A stretch of 63,240 bases of DNA, filler included. It is 7 parts of 7 records of this genome, joined end to end, with 100 filler letters (N's around TTAATTAATTAA, not from the genome) between each part and the next. Parts side by side here need not be neighbours in the genome. Positions count along the whole stretch, not along the records: positions 1 to 11,738 come from DRR378314_2483; positions 11,839 to 21,633 come from DRR378314_2486; 5 more parts are not named here. One strand, 5' to 3'. This document shows, piece after piece, positions 1-13,495 of the stretch (positions are counted from its first letter, which is position 1; every line of letters begins with the position of its first letter). Under the pieces are notes generated by a model. The model had not been told where the DNA came from and made no database searches. It saw only the letters and a list, made by a program, of their open reading frames with translations. The position numbers and the translations under genes are program-made.

Positions 1-3000
1 AGCTCTTGCGGTACGGGACGGAGCAGCGCCAGGTGCACGAAAGAGCGCGCGTATCTACCCCATCCCGCGCAGGGACAACGAAAGCGGAAACCGCGCCATA
101 CCAAGCAAGCACACACACACACACATCAGCGCGCGTCCCAGCACGCCACACTCGCATCCTACGTACAATTGAATCTACCCCGTGCACTCCATGCGAGACA
201 GACGAGGACAGGCACTCGCAGACTTCCACAACGCCCTATACTATATCGTCTTTGCCGCAACAGCTTCGCGAGCCCGATGCAAGCGCGGCCAAGGGTTAGG
301 AACGAGCTAGCGCGCACACGAATACCAGAGGCAGCCAAACTTGGGAAAAGCGCATTTCGACACGACAGAATCCTCCCCTCGCTATGCAACCGCCAGGGCA
401 ACGCGCAGCTGTCCCGGACCTTTCCCCGCGCACCTGTGCTATCAGCTGGATTTCCCCGTGCGGCACAGCGTCAATGCACCGCCCGATCAGATCGGCATCG
501 TTCAGTCGTAGCGCCATCGCGAGCGCTGCGGCATACTCGCCACGGCGCGCCAGGCTCGCGGCGTTGGCCGGCGTAACGTCCAGCGCAAGGTCCGTCGGAT
601 CAAACGACGCGCTGCGGTCGAGCGCGTACAGGAACACGCCTTCCGTCGTTGCTACCGTAAACGCGCGCCCCGTCGGAGCAAACGCGACCGCCCGTGTGCG
701 CACGCGCCGCCGCACGCGCCGCTTCGCCGCGTCGCCGCGCTGCGCGCCGGGGAGCGCCTCGCCGCGTCGCCCATCGTCGTCGCTGTCCGACGATGCATCC
801 CCTTCGACAAGATCGAGTGAATCGCCGGTCGAGGTCACTTTGCGCGAGTCCAGATAGTCCAGGACACCGTCGAGCGACCGGTTGCGCGTGAGCTCAAACT
901 TCTTCACGAGCACCCGCCCACGCGTTTCGTACAGGCACACAAACCGTGAGTTGCCCCCGGCGATCAGCACGCGGCCGTCTGGAGAATACGAGAGCGACGT
1001 AAAGTGCTTGGCCGCATCGCTGTGCCGCGCCGTCGTCACGTCCGCCACGCCTCGCCCGCCCGCAATGTCGCGCCGTCCGTCAATCGTTCCCAACAGCACG
1101 CCATCCTCGCTCGCCCACAGCTGGATCTCCCCAGTGCGCACACTGCACGCGATCTCGCGCCCGTCTGGGCGGAACGCCACCGCAAGCACCTCGCCACTGT
1201 GCGACAGCGTCTCCTCCATCCCTTCGCCGCGGCTGCGCTCGCCCGCAAACACGCGCCACAGCCGCACCGTTGCGTCCCACGAGCCAGACGCCAGCGCGTC
1301 GGTGGTCGGCGAAAACGCCAGCGCGGAAACCGGCCCGTTGTGCCCGGACAGGATGTCGAGCAGCTGCCCAGTCTGCAGGCTCCACACGCATATCTCGCCG
1401 TCGTCTTGCGTCCCCGCACACACAACCTCGCCACCAGCATCGACTGCGAGGCTGGCGAATTGCACAGCGCGTGGCGCAACCATCGTGCGGAAGTTGCGGT
1501 ACCGCACCAGGTCAAAAGCGCGCACCGTCCCGTCTAAACTCGCCGACAGTACAGCTTGCCCGTGCGACGGCACAAACACAACCGCGCTCACCGGAGCACG
1601 ATGCTGCGCAAACGTCACAAACGCATACCCAGACGACGCATTCCACAATTTAACCTTTGCATCTTCTCCGCCAGTTGCAATCAGCTGTCCGTCGCCAGAG
1701 TACGCGACCGCCGTCACGCCCAGCGCATGACCCTGCTGCTTCAGCACGTACGTTTCCGACTGCCATTCCCACACGAGAAGCTGTCCAAGCGCGGCACATC
1801 TGCACCGTACCAAACAATATTTCACGAGATAGTGTGTGTCGGGAAGAGCTCAGCAATCAGAAGACGGGCAAGGACCGCGCTGCGATGAAGACGGAGTGGC
1901 TCGACAGCGGCGCTTAAGCTCCTCGAAACTATAGAACACTCTCGCGAAAGACCGCAACCGTTGTCCACGTCTAAAGCGCTGCCTGCCCCTGACGCAGCAC
2001 TTTTCCAAGCCTCAAGCGAGCCAACATATCCCACATGTAGTGCGACAAACTCGACACATAGCAACGCCGAACGCGCCTTTCACACGGTCAATTCTCGACT
2101 GCCAGGAGCAAAACACCCCACACGCTTCCAGTTCCCAGCAAACGCTGTCGCAGGCGCCATACGCGCACGCAGCGCACCCTCCCTTCCTCGCACAAACATT
2201 CTCAGAGCAAACCATGCGTATCTGTGGATCACTGCTCCCCCGCCTCCAAGGCCATACACCATGCACAACAGCACACGGCCAGATAGCAAGCGGTACTCTA
2301 GCTCTGACACCGGCCCGCAGCGAGCGCGCCCCCGCCAACGCGTTTCTCGAGCACATACAACCGCCTCACAGCGACGAGACCAAGCCGAGCGTCCGCAAAA
2401 CGTACCCAAACGCCATCCATTCGCCACTCGGGCTGATTGCAACGGTAGACAGGCTCTCGTGTGAAATACTCAGCGTTTGTACGTGCGATAGTGTGTTCGG
2501 GTCGCTAATATCGTACAACAGAAATACGCCGCTAGCAAGTCCGCACACAAGCAGGCCCGACCGAGCGTGAAAAGCTGCAGCGCTCACACGCGAGTGTTTG
2601 TGGTCAATGAAATGGCGAGCAACGCGGTACCTGCAGCGTATCATCATTACCAAAGCCCAAACGAACATCAAAGTGAAAATCAGAGTACGAGCAAACGCAC
2701 TTGAGTTTATGAGCGAGAGCACATCGAAGAGAAGCGGCGTATGCTTGAGTCACAGCTGGTCAGCAAGCACAGGCATCAACGAATGCAGCAGTTCGCCAGC
2801 GCTCGGAACCGCGAACCGCACAACGCTTCCCGCATAGAAACGAGTTTGGCAGCATACAATATGACCCGCTGCAGCCTGTTCACACAATCGCTCGCTGTGC
2901 ATCGCTTTCGGCAATGCATCGTTCGACCTCGACAACCCCTCCGCGCCGTACGTAGTGCGCATTCCTCACAAGCCAGACCTAGCCCTTTTGCCAGGCGACC

Positions 3001-5825
3001 GCAGGACAAGAGAACGAGCCGCCTGGTATACACCAGTGCGCACAAAAGCACACCCAGCAGAGCGTTCTGCGCTCCGCTCCGTGACGAACCATCGCACTGT
3101 ACTCCCGGATCGATCGCATCCCCACATGGCTACCGCTCCGTCACGGGAGAGTGTAACCGCTCCATCGCCATCCTGCGTAAACGATACAAGGACCGGTCGC
3201 TCGCGGTGCCCAGCAAGAGTGCAAGGAAGAAATCCATCTTCTGGATCGGCCGATATGACCTGCGCTCCGCAGCACGCACGCACGCACGATGCACGCCCAA
3301 ACAGCACGGGCACCTGGCCGTTACAACCTGCAACCGGCACGCCATTGGCATTGCACTCGCTTCCCAGCTTTGGCAGAAACACTGCAGTACCTGTTCGCGA
3401 CCAACGCGCACCGGATCGAAGTGTGCGCGCACAAATCGCGTCCTCCTCACCGAGGACAGCACCACCGCGCTCCAACACTGGCGCGACTTCACAGCGACCA
3501 CAGGATACACAAAGCCCGGTGTAACTGGGCGCCGATAATCTCCGCGCAAATTTGCACCTCAATACGCATCACCTCGGACCTCCGCAGAATATCGAGCGGG
3601 AAGAACCACCAAACGGGCCTCCACGCCCGCGATACACTACACGGAACGCGCAGAACAGAGTACTACAGTCCCCACAGCCAAGGACAGTCACAGCCTCTTC
3701 CATCGCTATTGCCGGCATGTACAAGCGAAGCCGGATTGCCAAATATCACAGCAGCATACCTTGGCCGTCAGATCCTTGGAACCAACAAGCAGAAATCGGC
3801 TGTCAGGGGACCAGGACAGACTCACAACGTCGTCCGTCACACCCGCAATCTCCCGGTGCAGCTTCAAGGGAAGAATACTCTTCTCGCGCGCTACCGGCGC
3901 CCGCCATATCTGCACAGAGCACAAATAATAGCAGATAAAAGCACCACAAATGAGGACACGGCACCGCATGCAAGAATTACGGAACTCGCCCGTCGTATCG
4001 ACGAGGCGTGCCATACGTCCTTTCCCCAATTCCCCCTCCCCAAGCGCGTGCATCGCGCAGACGTCAACGCGAGCAGAGCACGACGCAATAAAAGGTAAAG
4101 AATCCACACGAACAAGGATACAGTCAATGCCACATTCGTTCAGATCGTCTTCGAACACACAGCCAACGAGAAAAGAACAACGTAAAAAAAACGCACCTGG
4201 ACCACGCGCTCGTGACTCACAGCAAACATCTTGCCGCAAGGACTGAAAGACACGGCGCGAACGCGCGACGAGAACCGAAAGTGCTGCATGGCCACCTGCA
4301 AGACAATCGCACACCCGGAAAAAAAGGAACGGCAGAGAGAGCCCGCGACAGCAAGGACAGCGCTGACGTAAGATATTACATCCATTTCTACGGCAAGCCG
4401 GCCAATCGGCCGAGTCCACGGACAACTGCAGTGCAACAAACGCGTCTGCACGGACGAATACGCCGGGCGGACAGAACAAGCGCTCGCGCGCGCGTCGCAC
4501 CTTGCGCACAACGTTGCATATTACAGCATGCCCCTCGACATCGATCGCCAGCAAGGTCACATTGTCGGGAGAGAGGGCAAGATGAGCAATGTTCGAGCGG
4601 CATTGAAAGGGTAGCGCTGACCCGCGGTTCTGCACAAGGTCGAACACGGCAATTCTGTCCCCACGCGCAGCAACGCGGCACTTGAGCGACAGAACGGATA
4701 GGAACGCTGCGAACGCACCGCATCTCGCATGCGCTGAAAAGCGTGCGACGCGGCAGAACCCCACATCTACCGCGCTTGCTCATCGTATACGAAGCACAGG
4801 CGACCATTGTCGCCAAAAACGAGCGAGAAGCAAGAGCGGAAACCGGTCTCGATGCAGCATCCAATAGCATTGCAATACAGGCAGAGAAAGAGGTGCGCAG
4901 CACCGCGCTGCGTTGCGACGACGAGACGCTCGCGCACTGGGAACCTGCGGGCAAGCTCGTCGTGGCAGACGCTCCCGCGATAGATCTGTAGCACGGTAGA
5001 GATCCCAGTATAAATAAGTCAGAGGCAGTGCTACCCCGTCTGTCCACTTACATCTGAGAAGAGCCGGCATCAAGACATGCGTATACCGGCAAAGCGCGCA
5101 GCCAGCGCTGCCGCCGCCAAAAACATACCTGTTTCCAACGGGACTCAGCAGCGAGTTCCCATCATTGGTAAACACAACATGCCCGCCCGTATACACCGAC
5201 CCGAACACATTCGAAAGCTGCAAATCATCATGGATGGGAAGCCCGTACAACAGGGAAAAAAGTCTCAGCATGCGCCAAGCTCGGCAATAGATTCCTGCGC
5301 GCGACCCCGCGCGAGAAGCCGCAGGAAAGAACACGCCGATTCTCCGGCACCGAAGCAATGCAAACTCACACACGCGGCTGCCGCTTTCCGCACCGCGTAC
5401 AAAGTGCTCCATGCCGATTTGCAGTCCATACTTTGCAACAACATGTCAAGAAGACGATCACTATGGTCGTCGTGGAAAGCGCGCAAAGGCCAGCGCCGCT
5501 GCTGCACACAAGCGCGCGAGAGTGCACTGCAGAGCCTCCAGGGCACAACGCTATGCGCCCACGCGAGCGACATCGCTGTCGACTTCTCCTTTTTCTTTTC
5601 CTCGTGGCAAACACAGCAACACTCGCTTGCACTAGTTACTAAAAATACGCTATACAATCATTCACAGAGCAGATTCGTACACCGAGCTGCCGCAGCTCCC
5701 TTCTGCCGTTGCTCCTGCTACGAGCGCCCGCGAGGTGAGGCTCGGCAGCCTCCGGCGCGGCGTGCGCACGCGAGCGACCAACGTCACCGTGCAAGCCACT
5801 CTCGTACCTCGAACCCGAATTTCAT
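1..5825 (-). CDS. PWP2: PWP2/Utp1 WD40 SSU processome protein, multi-exon, 3' end runs off the window
   Basis: Hand-spliced: exon 1 5825-5808 MKFGFE|gtacga, exon 2 5217-5129 LSNVFGSVYTGGHVVFTNDGNSLLSPVGNR, further exons near 4650-4500, 4290-4200, 3910-3760, 3260-3090, 2630-2405, and a large exon ~1799-434 with the diagnostic GQLLVWEWQSETYVLKQQGH, VRAFDLVRYRNFRT and WD40 repeats. GT-AG boundaries where checked. Confidence 0.93.
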
Positions 5826-6712
5826 CGCCGCACCCCTGCGCTATCCACGAACCGCAGCTGCAACATGGGACAAGACGGTGCAGAAGTAGGCACGAATCAT
5901 TCGAAAGTTAGTCATTCGTGAGCCGCCTCCGGCGACAACCCACAGATGGGCGTCCTGCATACCACCCGTGCGCAAAGGCAAGCGAGCGCAGCGCACACGG
6001 CGACCGCACGGCAACCAGGGGTTCGTGTGCCAGGCGCAGAGGAGCCTGCAGCGACCCACAACGTTCCCGCAACGCGCACCCGAGCACGCGAAACGAAAAC
6101 CGTACGGCAAGGGACCCGCAGCATAGCTAGCAGCAATCCCTCTACCACTGCGAGAAACCCCGCAGCTGTACGCCCTGTGCTCGCACGCACCTTGTTGGAC
6201 GTTCCGGGCGGAGCACACGCACGTGTGCGTTGCGTTCCCCGACCACATTTTTCCAAATTATACCTCACATTATGTGTACCAAAGTAGGGTGGCTTCCCCG
6301 AAACCACCACCCAGTTCTCTCCGAACACCACGCCGAACGCCGTCCCTCACCGGCACAGAGACCGGCAACGCTCCCCGCGAGAAATCTGCAAAAGCCACCT
6401 CATTACCCTTTGAGTACCTTGCAACGACGCATAGTGTGCAGCATCCCACGCGAGACACGATGCAACCGTTGCCAGGCGCGCCGCAAACGCAATTCCGCCC
6501 GTGCACACTTGAGCTACCTACGTGCAACGCTCGTCCATTCGAAAAGTTTGCGTTCTCATCACCCCTACATGTAGCAGACGTGGTTTCTCAGTAATTGAAA
6601 AGCTCGCACGAGTCTTACCCATCGGCTTTCACTAGCCATGAGACATGCCTCGCCGCAGGCTGGCCGCTGCACGCGTTTCGTGCCGCTTTCTCGAGACGCG
6701 CGCAGCAGCGGC

Positions 6713-9700
6713 ATGTGGTTGAGAACAGCAGCCCGCGCAGCCCGCGCAGCCCGCGCTGCCCGTTCTCGTGCACATGGCCACCAACTACTGGTACGTTGCA
6801 TTGCGAAACACTTTTGCGCATGGTTCATGCTCACTCGCGTACAGCAGGCGAAGACGTCGTGCAGCTGCTTAGCCTCAATGCAGTGCGCTGTACGTCTGCG
6901 CGTCCGCCTCTCCGTTGCGCGCGGCGCAGAGAACGGCGGCCGCAACGCCCACAATCATTGGCGACCGCATCTTGCAAGACCGAATTTTAAGCCGACGCGC
7001 CCAACGAGTGCGATCAAAATACGTCCCGTTTTACGCGGATGTCCATACCGAGGAGGCGCGCCGCAACAAGGTACGCAGCGGCCCGGCAGCAGCACCGCGC
7101 GCCACCTCGACCAAACCGAGCGAGCGCTCGTATCGCGCACGTCTCCGCCTGCGCTGCCTGAGCTTTGTCGCCGTGTGCCCTCCTGCCAATGCAGATCGAG
7201 CAGGAGCTCCCCGCCAAAAGCACTTCCGACTCTCGAGTCAAGATTGTCCTTCCATTCTCATCCGACACGGAGCTGAGAGAGCAGTACCTGTACGCCGCCT
7301 TGCCGCACCGCGCGTAGCAGCGAGCTCGCGCTGCACCCGCTTGGTGGCGCGAGCGCGCACATCAGTGTGCGCTAACCGCGCTGTGGCTGCTCGGGTCCCC
7401 ATTCTTGCGTTGAGGTACTTGGGACTGGGACGCGCGATGCAGCGCATTCGATTTGTTGCTTTTACCTAGATCGTCCACGGCCCGGCATCAGCCTGCTTAC
7501 TGCTGTGAAGCTGCTCCTTGCCGCTCGTAGGAACTATGTCGGAGAGCTGCGCGTCGGCCGGTTTTTCGAAGACCTCGACGCCATCGCGGGCTCCATCGCG
7601 TACAAGCACATCGACGGCGTCACGTTTGCCAACCCGGTAACATTGGTAACAGCCTCGGTGGATCGTGTGGACTTGATTCACACTCTCCAGCCCAACCTAG
7701 TACGTTTTTTGTTTGTTTGTTTTATTTTGTTTGTTGGCTTCAGTGCAGAGAGCGGATACGGCGCCGCGCGAGTGGGGCCGCTCTCGGCGCACGCGGGAAG
7801 CGAGCGAAGAAGGGCTCTGCATGCCGACGTGCTGTGCGCAAGTAACAAAACGGCCCAGCTGCATATATTGTAGAGGTAGAACAAGCCACCGATTGGCGAG
7901 ACTTTCTACCCGTCTCGATCTGGGCGCCCCGCCTCTAACAGCGACGCCTGGCGCGGAACGGCTGCTGCGCCCGGCGGTTGCGATCTAGGACACGGTGATC
8001 GACGGAGCCGTGGCTTGGACAGGGCGCTCATCGATGGAAATCCGGCTCACCGTGCACCAAAATGCCCAGCACGGGGAAACGATACCAAATCTTTCCGCGG
8101 TATTCGTTTTTGTAGCAAGAGATGCAGTGACTGGGAAGGTGAGTCTATTGTCGTCGCCCATGCCCCGTTGCCACACACACCAACGCACACACAACGAATG
8201 TCGCGTCGCCAATACGCCAGGTCGCACGAACGCGCCGTGTGAGGGAGAACAGCACCTGAACGCGACTGCAACGTTCCCAACGCACGCACTCCGCATGAAT
8301 GTGTCCTTGGCTGCCTTATTTCCCATTCCCATCAGCAGGAGCGCGCGTGCCGCCCGCGCGGCCTGCTTACGAGAAGCACCTCACACCACCCACAGAGTAC
8401 TACAGCATTCACTCCAGCGATAGCGCACTGGCTGCCGCAGTCCCCTGCTCACATATGGACACAATGCTCAACAATTATGACATGCGTAATGCTTTGGTTT
8501 TCGTTTTCTTATCTATTCATTTCTTTCGTTGGGGGCGGGGTCTTGGTGATGCTGCAATGATGTCGATTTCGGACAGGCTACAGCAATTCCACCGCTCGTT
8601 CCTGCGACGGACGCGGAGCAGCAGCGGTTCCAATGGGGCGAAGAGAACAAACAGAGACGCATCACAGTACGTTTGCAGCGTTCCAACGCAGCCCAGTACT
8701 GTGCGCGCGGCATACCGAAATCTCCTCGGTGCTGCTTCGCACGCGGTGCGCTTCGTGAGGCGCCTTCTCCGAGCCAGGGAGGCGTGCCGCGCTTGCGGGC
8801 GTTGATTGTGCGGGGAGAGAGGTTGCGCGCGTGCAGCGAAGCGGGAGGTCTACCAATCGTGCGCATATATGTGCACAAGGTCTCCTCCAACTTGCTTGCT
8901 GTACTATTGTACCATGCGGAGCGAAATTCATCGTTTGCATCGATGTTCTCGGGACCGCTGCGAACCTTGTGCTGAGGAATCTCTTTCCTCCGAGTTTCGT
9001 TCCGTGTCGCCCTCAGTAAACCGGATTTCACCTAGCTGCAAAGCCACGAAATGGAGCCGTGGCGCACGCAAACTCCCAGTCTTGGCCACGTATCGTGACA
9101 ACAGTGGTGTGTGCGCGTTCCATACTCCAGCTGCACTCTACCGCTTGCTCGAACGCTCATCCCCGTACCTCCGCGCGCTCGCACGCTGCTCCCTCGTCGT
9201 TGCCAATGCGCAGGAGGCGCAGCACGCCCTCGATAAGACGCAGCCAACCAGCGATGAAATATCTCTTCTTCATAGCCTTTTCCTTGGAGAGATGCAAAGT
9301 GAGAAAAACGGTACGACATAGTTCGCGTAGCGCAAACGCAACGCGTCCGCACACCCACGGCCATAGAGGTGAAGCAAGTCGCAAACTCTGTTAGCGTCTT
9401 TCCCGCCATTGTGCCGCGACGCTTCCTATTCACCCTACAGGGAGTGTCATTTCTTACCCACACATCCCGTGTTTGTAGCATCTCCAAGAAGAAGAACCCC
9501 TTTCTCTGTGTGCGCTCGTGCGCAGCGCATCCTCGTCTCTGTGCAGCACCGCCAGACTGCGACGGGTCCAACTCCCTGCGTCCAGCGGTGTACTTGCGCT
9601 ACTCGCGAGCCGCGAGGTTGCGCCTGTCTCTATGCGTTGCAGTGCGTGATTCCAGCAAACAAGACGGCTTGCAAACCTCCTGAATAACGCCACGCTCTCG

Positions 9701-11602
9701 AGATGCGCGACTCCCATTGTGGGAGACCGATCTGTGGACGAGCGCTGCCCGTGGGATTGCAACGTCCCGTCATTGTTTCGCCGCTCAGCGCTGTCCGGCG
9801 CTATCTCCCCGTTCCGCCCTCTACTTGCAGACCACATATTCATGTCAGCAACGAAGAAAGGCTCAACTCGGATTATGCAGCCACAAGATCGCAATATCCA
9901 CGGAAAGGTGTGTTCCAAAGTTAGCTCGAATGCGGCACAGAAGCAGAGCACGCATCTCCTGCGCCCGTTTCTCGCAACCGTTGCGCAACGCTGCCGCGAC
10001 GAACGCACTGTCGCCTATGAACACGCCAAAGCCGCATGAGCTAGCTTTCCCCCCTGTGTCCGTGTTTTTTAAAAGTGCGTTCGAGCAGGAGTCTACTGCA
10101 CACGTTTACAGCGCGTTGAGGATATTCTTAACTATGCGCGCAGCCGTAGGGTCGATGGAAGGTGCCGAGAAGCATAGCACTCGTGCGCTCGCACGTCCCG
10201 ACGACGCCGCCGCTCGTGCAGCTCCGCCGCGTTTGCAGGCACATGCTTTCCTGTGCGAGACCCTGCAACGTGGACGATGCGCTGTACCGCCTCTTATTCG
10301 TCTTCATGCGCCCTGAAACAGTGCTCGTGTGCTCAGCTACGCAGCATACGCATCAAGCAATGCAAAAGGCCACTGCTCGCAATATCGCCGCTCTCCCCCT
10401 GGTATTTGCGCGCTTGGGCGACGTTCTTCTCGCACGGATCTTGCTCTATTCTCGAGCGAAACTTCATTCGATCCAATTCCCTAACGCGCCCGCTCCTACA
10501 ACATTTTGTCTCGGTCCTCTTGGTGATAGATTTTCGGCGGCCTCCTTATGCGACAGGCGTTTGAGCTCTCATACCTCACTGCCCTCGAGTTCAACAACAT
10601 GGAGCGACCGCAGTTTGAAGCGCTCGACGACACGCACTTCCTCCACCCGGTCGCCATCGGATCTGTGCTGGAGTACAATGCCAAGGCAAGCCCTGCAACA
10701 CGCCGATGCCCTCTGTGTCGCTCTAGCGTTTCTTTTCCCGCTCTGCTTGCCCTCCGTACGCTCGTCGTCGCACCGCGTCGGTCCCATCGCCCCGACGCTG
10801 AGGACAAGCGAGAGCGCGGAGCTGTCGCGCGCTGAGCGTTCTGCGTTTCGGCCCTCTCGCTGCGTGACGAATTGGACTTCTTCTTTCTTTCTTTCTTTCT
10901 TTTCTTCTTCCCACGTGGGTCGTCACTTCGATCCATGCAGATCGCATACGCCGAGGGCTCAAACGTTCTCATTCGCGTCGACGCCGTGGTCGCAATGAAG
11001 AACGAAAGGAAAACCACAAACGTGTTCAACTTTTTGTACAAATGCGACAAGATGTGCGGCAAAAAGGTGCGGAGGTCTTCCCCAGTACCGAGTGTGCCGC
11101 TCTGGCGAACGGAAGCAACGCTCAATCCCTTCGTTTTCTTCCGCATTGCATCACAAAGATTGCGCCGCACAGTGGTAGCGGTGCGCTGGAGATCAACCAC
11201 ATGCTGTTGGGGTGCTTGATTTCGACGGGCAGGAGCGTGAACCAACACGTCTGTCCGCCTCGTCGCTCCAGGAGCGACAGGAGCGGGTACTCCTTCGCCC
11301 ACTCCGCTCGCGCAGCGACAGCGACAAGCGGACTTGCGCGCCGCTCGCGTACACGAATCATGCTTCTTCGCTTTCGGCGCAGATGCGCACCGACGCAGTG
11401 CTGTGAGACTGTATCCGGATACGATGACGCCCCGCGGTTCTTCCCGCTGTATTGCTGAGCTGCTTGCCCCCCCCGTTCGTCCGCCGCGGCGCCGCAGGTA
11501 ATCCCGCGGACGTACCGTGACGCAATCGAATATCTCACCGCGCGGCGACTGTATCACGTAGGTCTGGAGGAGATGCAGCGGCTGCGCGGAGCGTTTTCGT
11601 AG
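6713..11602 (+). CDS. ACOT9: Mitochondrial double hot-dog acyl-CoA thioesterase (ACOT9-like), multi-exon
   Basis: Exons give ELPAKSTSDSRVKIVLPFSSDTELREQY, GELRVGRFFEDLDAIAGSIAYKH..VTASVDRVD, VAWTGRSSMEI..FVFVARD, MQPQDRNIHGK|IFGGLLMRQAFEL, DDTHFLHPVAIGSVL, TTNVFNF and VIPRTYRDAIEYL..TAG (11600-11602). Arg/Ala-rich N-terminus resembles a mitochondrial presequence. Start is inferred. Confidence 0.88.
6728..6754 (+). repeat. 9-bp tandem repeat (GCAGCCCGC)x3 encoding AAR repeats in the ACOT9 presequence
   Basis: Three exact copies followed by a degenerate fourth (GCTGCCCGT). Confidence 0.85.
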
Positions 11603-11738
11603 CGCACCCGCCCCCTCCCCCACGTCCGGCAAAGGCGGAGGGGCGTGGCGAAACCCCCCGCGATGCGGTACGAGCATGTAATTCTTTTCCCGCCTGTCCC
11701 CGCGCGCTGCGTGTTGTGAGTCCACGCGCGGGCGCAGC

Positions 11739-11838
11739 NNNNNNNNNNNNNNNNNNNNNNNNNNNNNNNNNNNNNNNNNNNNTTAATTAATTAANNNNNN
11801 NNNNNNNNNNNNNNNNNNNNNNNNNNNNNNNNNNNNNN
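11739..11838. other. Artificial contig linker N44-TTAATTAATTAA-N44
   Basis: 100-bp spacer with stop codons in all six frames; eukaryotic sequence on the left, bacterial on the right. Confidence 0.99.
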
Positions 11839-11852
11839 GTGAGCGTACGCAT
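11839..11852 (-). CDS. xdhB: Probable 5' start of xanthine dehydrogenase molybdopterin subunit (truncated by contig end)
   Basis: GGAGG RBS (11866-11862) followed by ATG CGT ACG CTC AC overlapping the xdhA tail; xdhB normally follows xdhA. Only about 4 codons are visible. Confidence 0.45.
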
Positions 11853-13293
11853 GGAGCATCACCTCCTGGTTGGGTGACGAAAGCGATAAGTAGAGGCGTT
11901 CTAATAGGTTGAGTGCGGCTTGTTCTCGGTAGTATTGGCTACCCCGTACATCGCTCATTGGCTGAAACTCTTCAGCAAGGGCTTGCTGGGCTGCTTGAAA
12001 GCTAGCTTTGGAAACGGGCTGGCCCTCTAGCGCAGCTTCTGTTTGACTCGCTCGCTTGGGAGTGGCAGCCATACCACCAAAGGCAATGCGAACATCCTCC
12101 ATCACACCCTGATTAACACGGTAGCAAAACGCACCTAATACCGCGGTTATGTCATCCTCGCGTCGTTTAGAAAGCTTCCAGACCCTTAGTGTGGCTGATT
12201 CAGCCAGTTGAGGTATAAAAATACGACTGATGACTTCATCAGCAGCCAGCGCTGTTTTTTTATAGTCGATAAAAAAATCACTTAGCAACAGCTGGCGAGT
12301 ACCGACATGGCTGGTAAGTTCTACCCAGGCATTGAGCGCCAGCAGCACAGGTGGCGTATCTCCTATTGGCGAAGCGTTGGCGATGTTTCCGCCGAGCGTT
12401 CCCCGGTTACGAACTTGTTGGGAGCCGAGCCTGTGAAGGAGGTGTGCAAACGCAGGGAAGTGACTGTTTAATAAGGGCTCAAGTTGCGAGTACGTAACCC
12501 CGGCGCCTACCCACCAACCTGGTTGAGCTTGGAATGTCGCCTCTTCAATTTGGCGCAATTCAGCCACACGAGTGGTATCAATAAGCTGGTTCAGTGCGGT
12601 AAGGCGCTGAGTGCTTTCCAGCCATAGATCTGTTGCGCCAGCCACAAGGCGTGCATCAGGATAGCGATATCTTGCGTCGGCCAACTCAGCCAAGGTGGTT
12701 GGCTGTACGAACAGTGGCTCACTCTTTGCGGTTGACTCCGGCACATGAAGCGGGTGACTGGCTGGCTGAGACGCATCGAACCACTGCGGTGCTTCCCAAG
12801 AGAAATCTTGCATACTCAATGCGGCGTCACGAATCGGTCGGTATCCCGTGCAGCGGCATAAATTTCCACCTAATGTGGCTTCCAGTGTTTCTGGTGTAAG
12901 AGGCGAGGGGCGCTGCTGTTGGTTGGCATGCAAGGTGAACAAGGACATGACAATTCCTGGCGTGCAAAATCCGCACTGGCTGCCATGGCACTCGATCATT
13001 GCGCGTTGAGCTGGGTGCAAGTTGCCTTCAGTCGCAAGCCCTTCAACGGTAATGACGTGCTGACCGTGAAGTTGATGAGCCGGGGTAATACACGCGTTGA
13101 CGCTTAAAAAGCGGCTTTGCGTGTCGCTTGGATTGTTGATTGCGACTGTACAAGCGCCACAATCACCCGATGCGCAGCCCTCTTTTGTGCCAGTGATGCC
13201 CAAATGATCACGCAACAGCGTTAGAATGCTGGTGTCAGGGGGTACATGACACTGCTTGGGGGTGCCGTTGAGCAGGAACTCAATCGTAGCCAT
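11839..13293 (-). CDS. xdhA: Xanthine dehydrogenase small subunit (2Fe-2S + FAD); stop codon just beyond contig end
   Basis: GTKEGCASGDCGACTV, HGSQCGFCTPG, GGNLCRCTGYRPI, AGATDL, QVRNRGTLGGNIANASPIGD, KLSKRREDDI. ACGGAG RBS precedes ATG at 13293; the ORF-track start at 13425 is too long. Confidence 0.95.
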
Positions 13294-13315
13294 GCCAAAC
13301 TCCGTTATGATTGTT

Positions 13316-13331
13316 CTGACCGATCGGTCAA
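13316..13331. promoter_or_regulatory. RutR-type operator CTGACCGATCGGTCAA
   Basis: Perfect 14-bp palindrome TGACCGATCGGTCA (13317-13330) about 25 bp upstream of the xdhA ATG. Resembles the RutR consensus TTGACCAnnTGGTCAA and lies next to a divergent RutR-family gene. Confidence 0.8.
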
Positions 13332-13495
13332 TATTGTTTAGCTTGAGACAAAAGAGCGCACCTTGCAAGAATTTGTTGCTAATGCGGCTGTCTGTGCACT
13401 TACACGGCCGGCGTCGATAAACCAATTATATGTAATAAGTCCCATGGGCTGACCATTGGTGCTTATCAAAAGCGCTTATTAAAGGAGCTTAATCA

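Noticed and set aside
10496-11725. 409-aa minus-strand ORF and many other long Arg/Ala/Cys-rich ORFs in the eukaryotic contigs
   Set aside because: These are antisense or intron read-through frames in GC-rich sequence overlapping real spliced genes.
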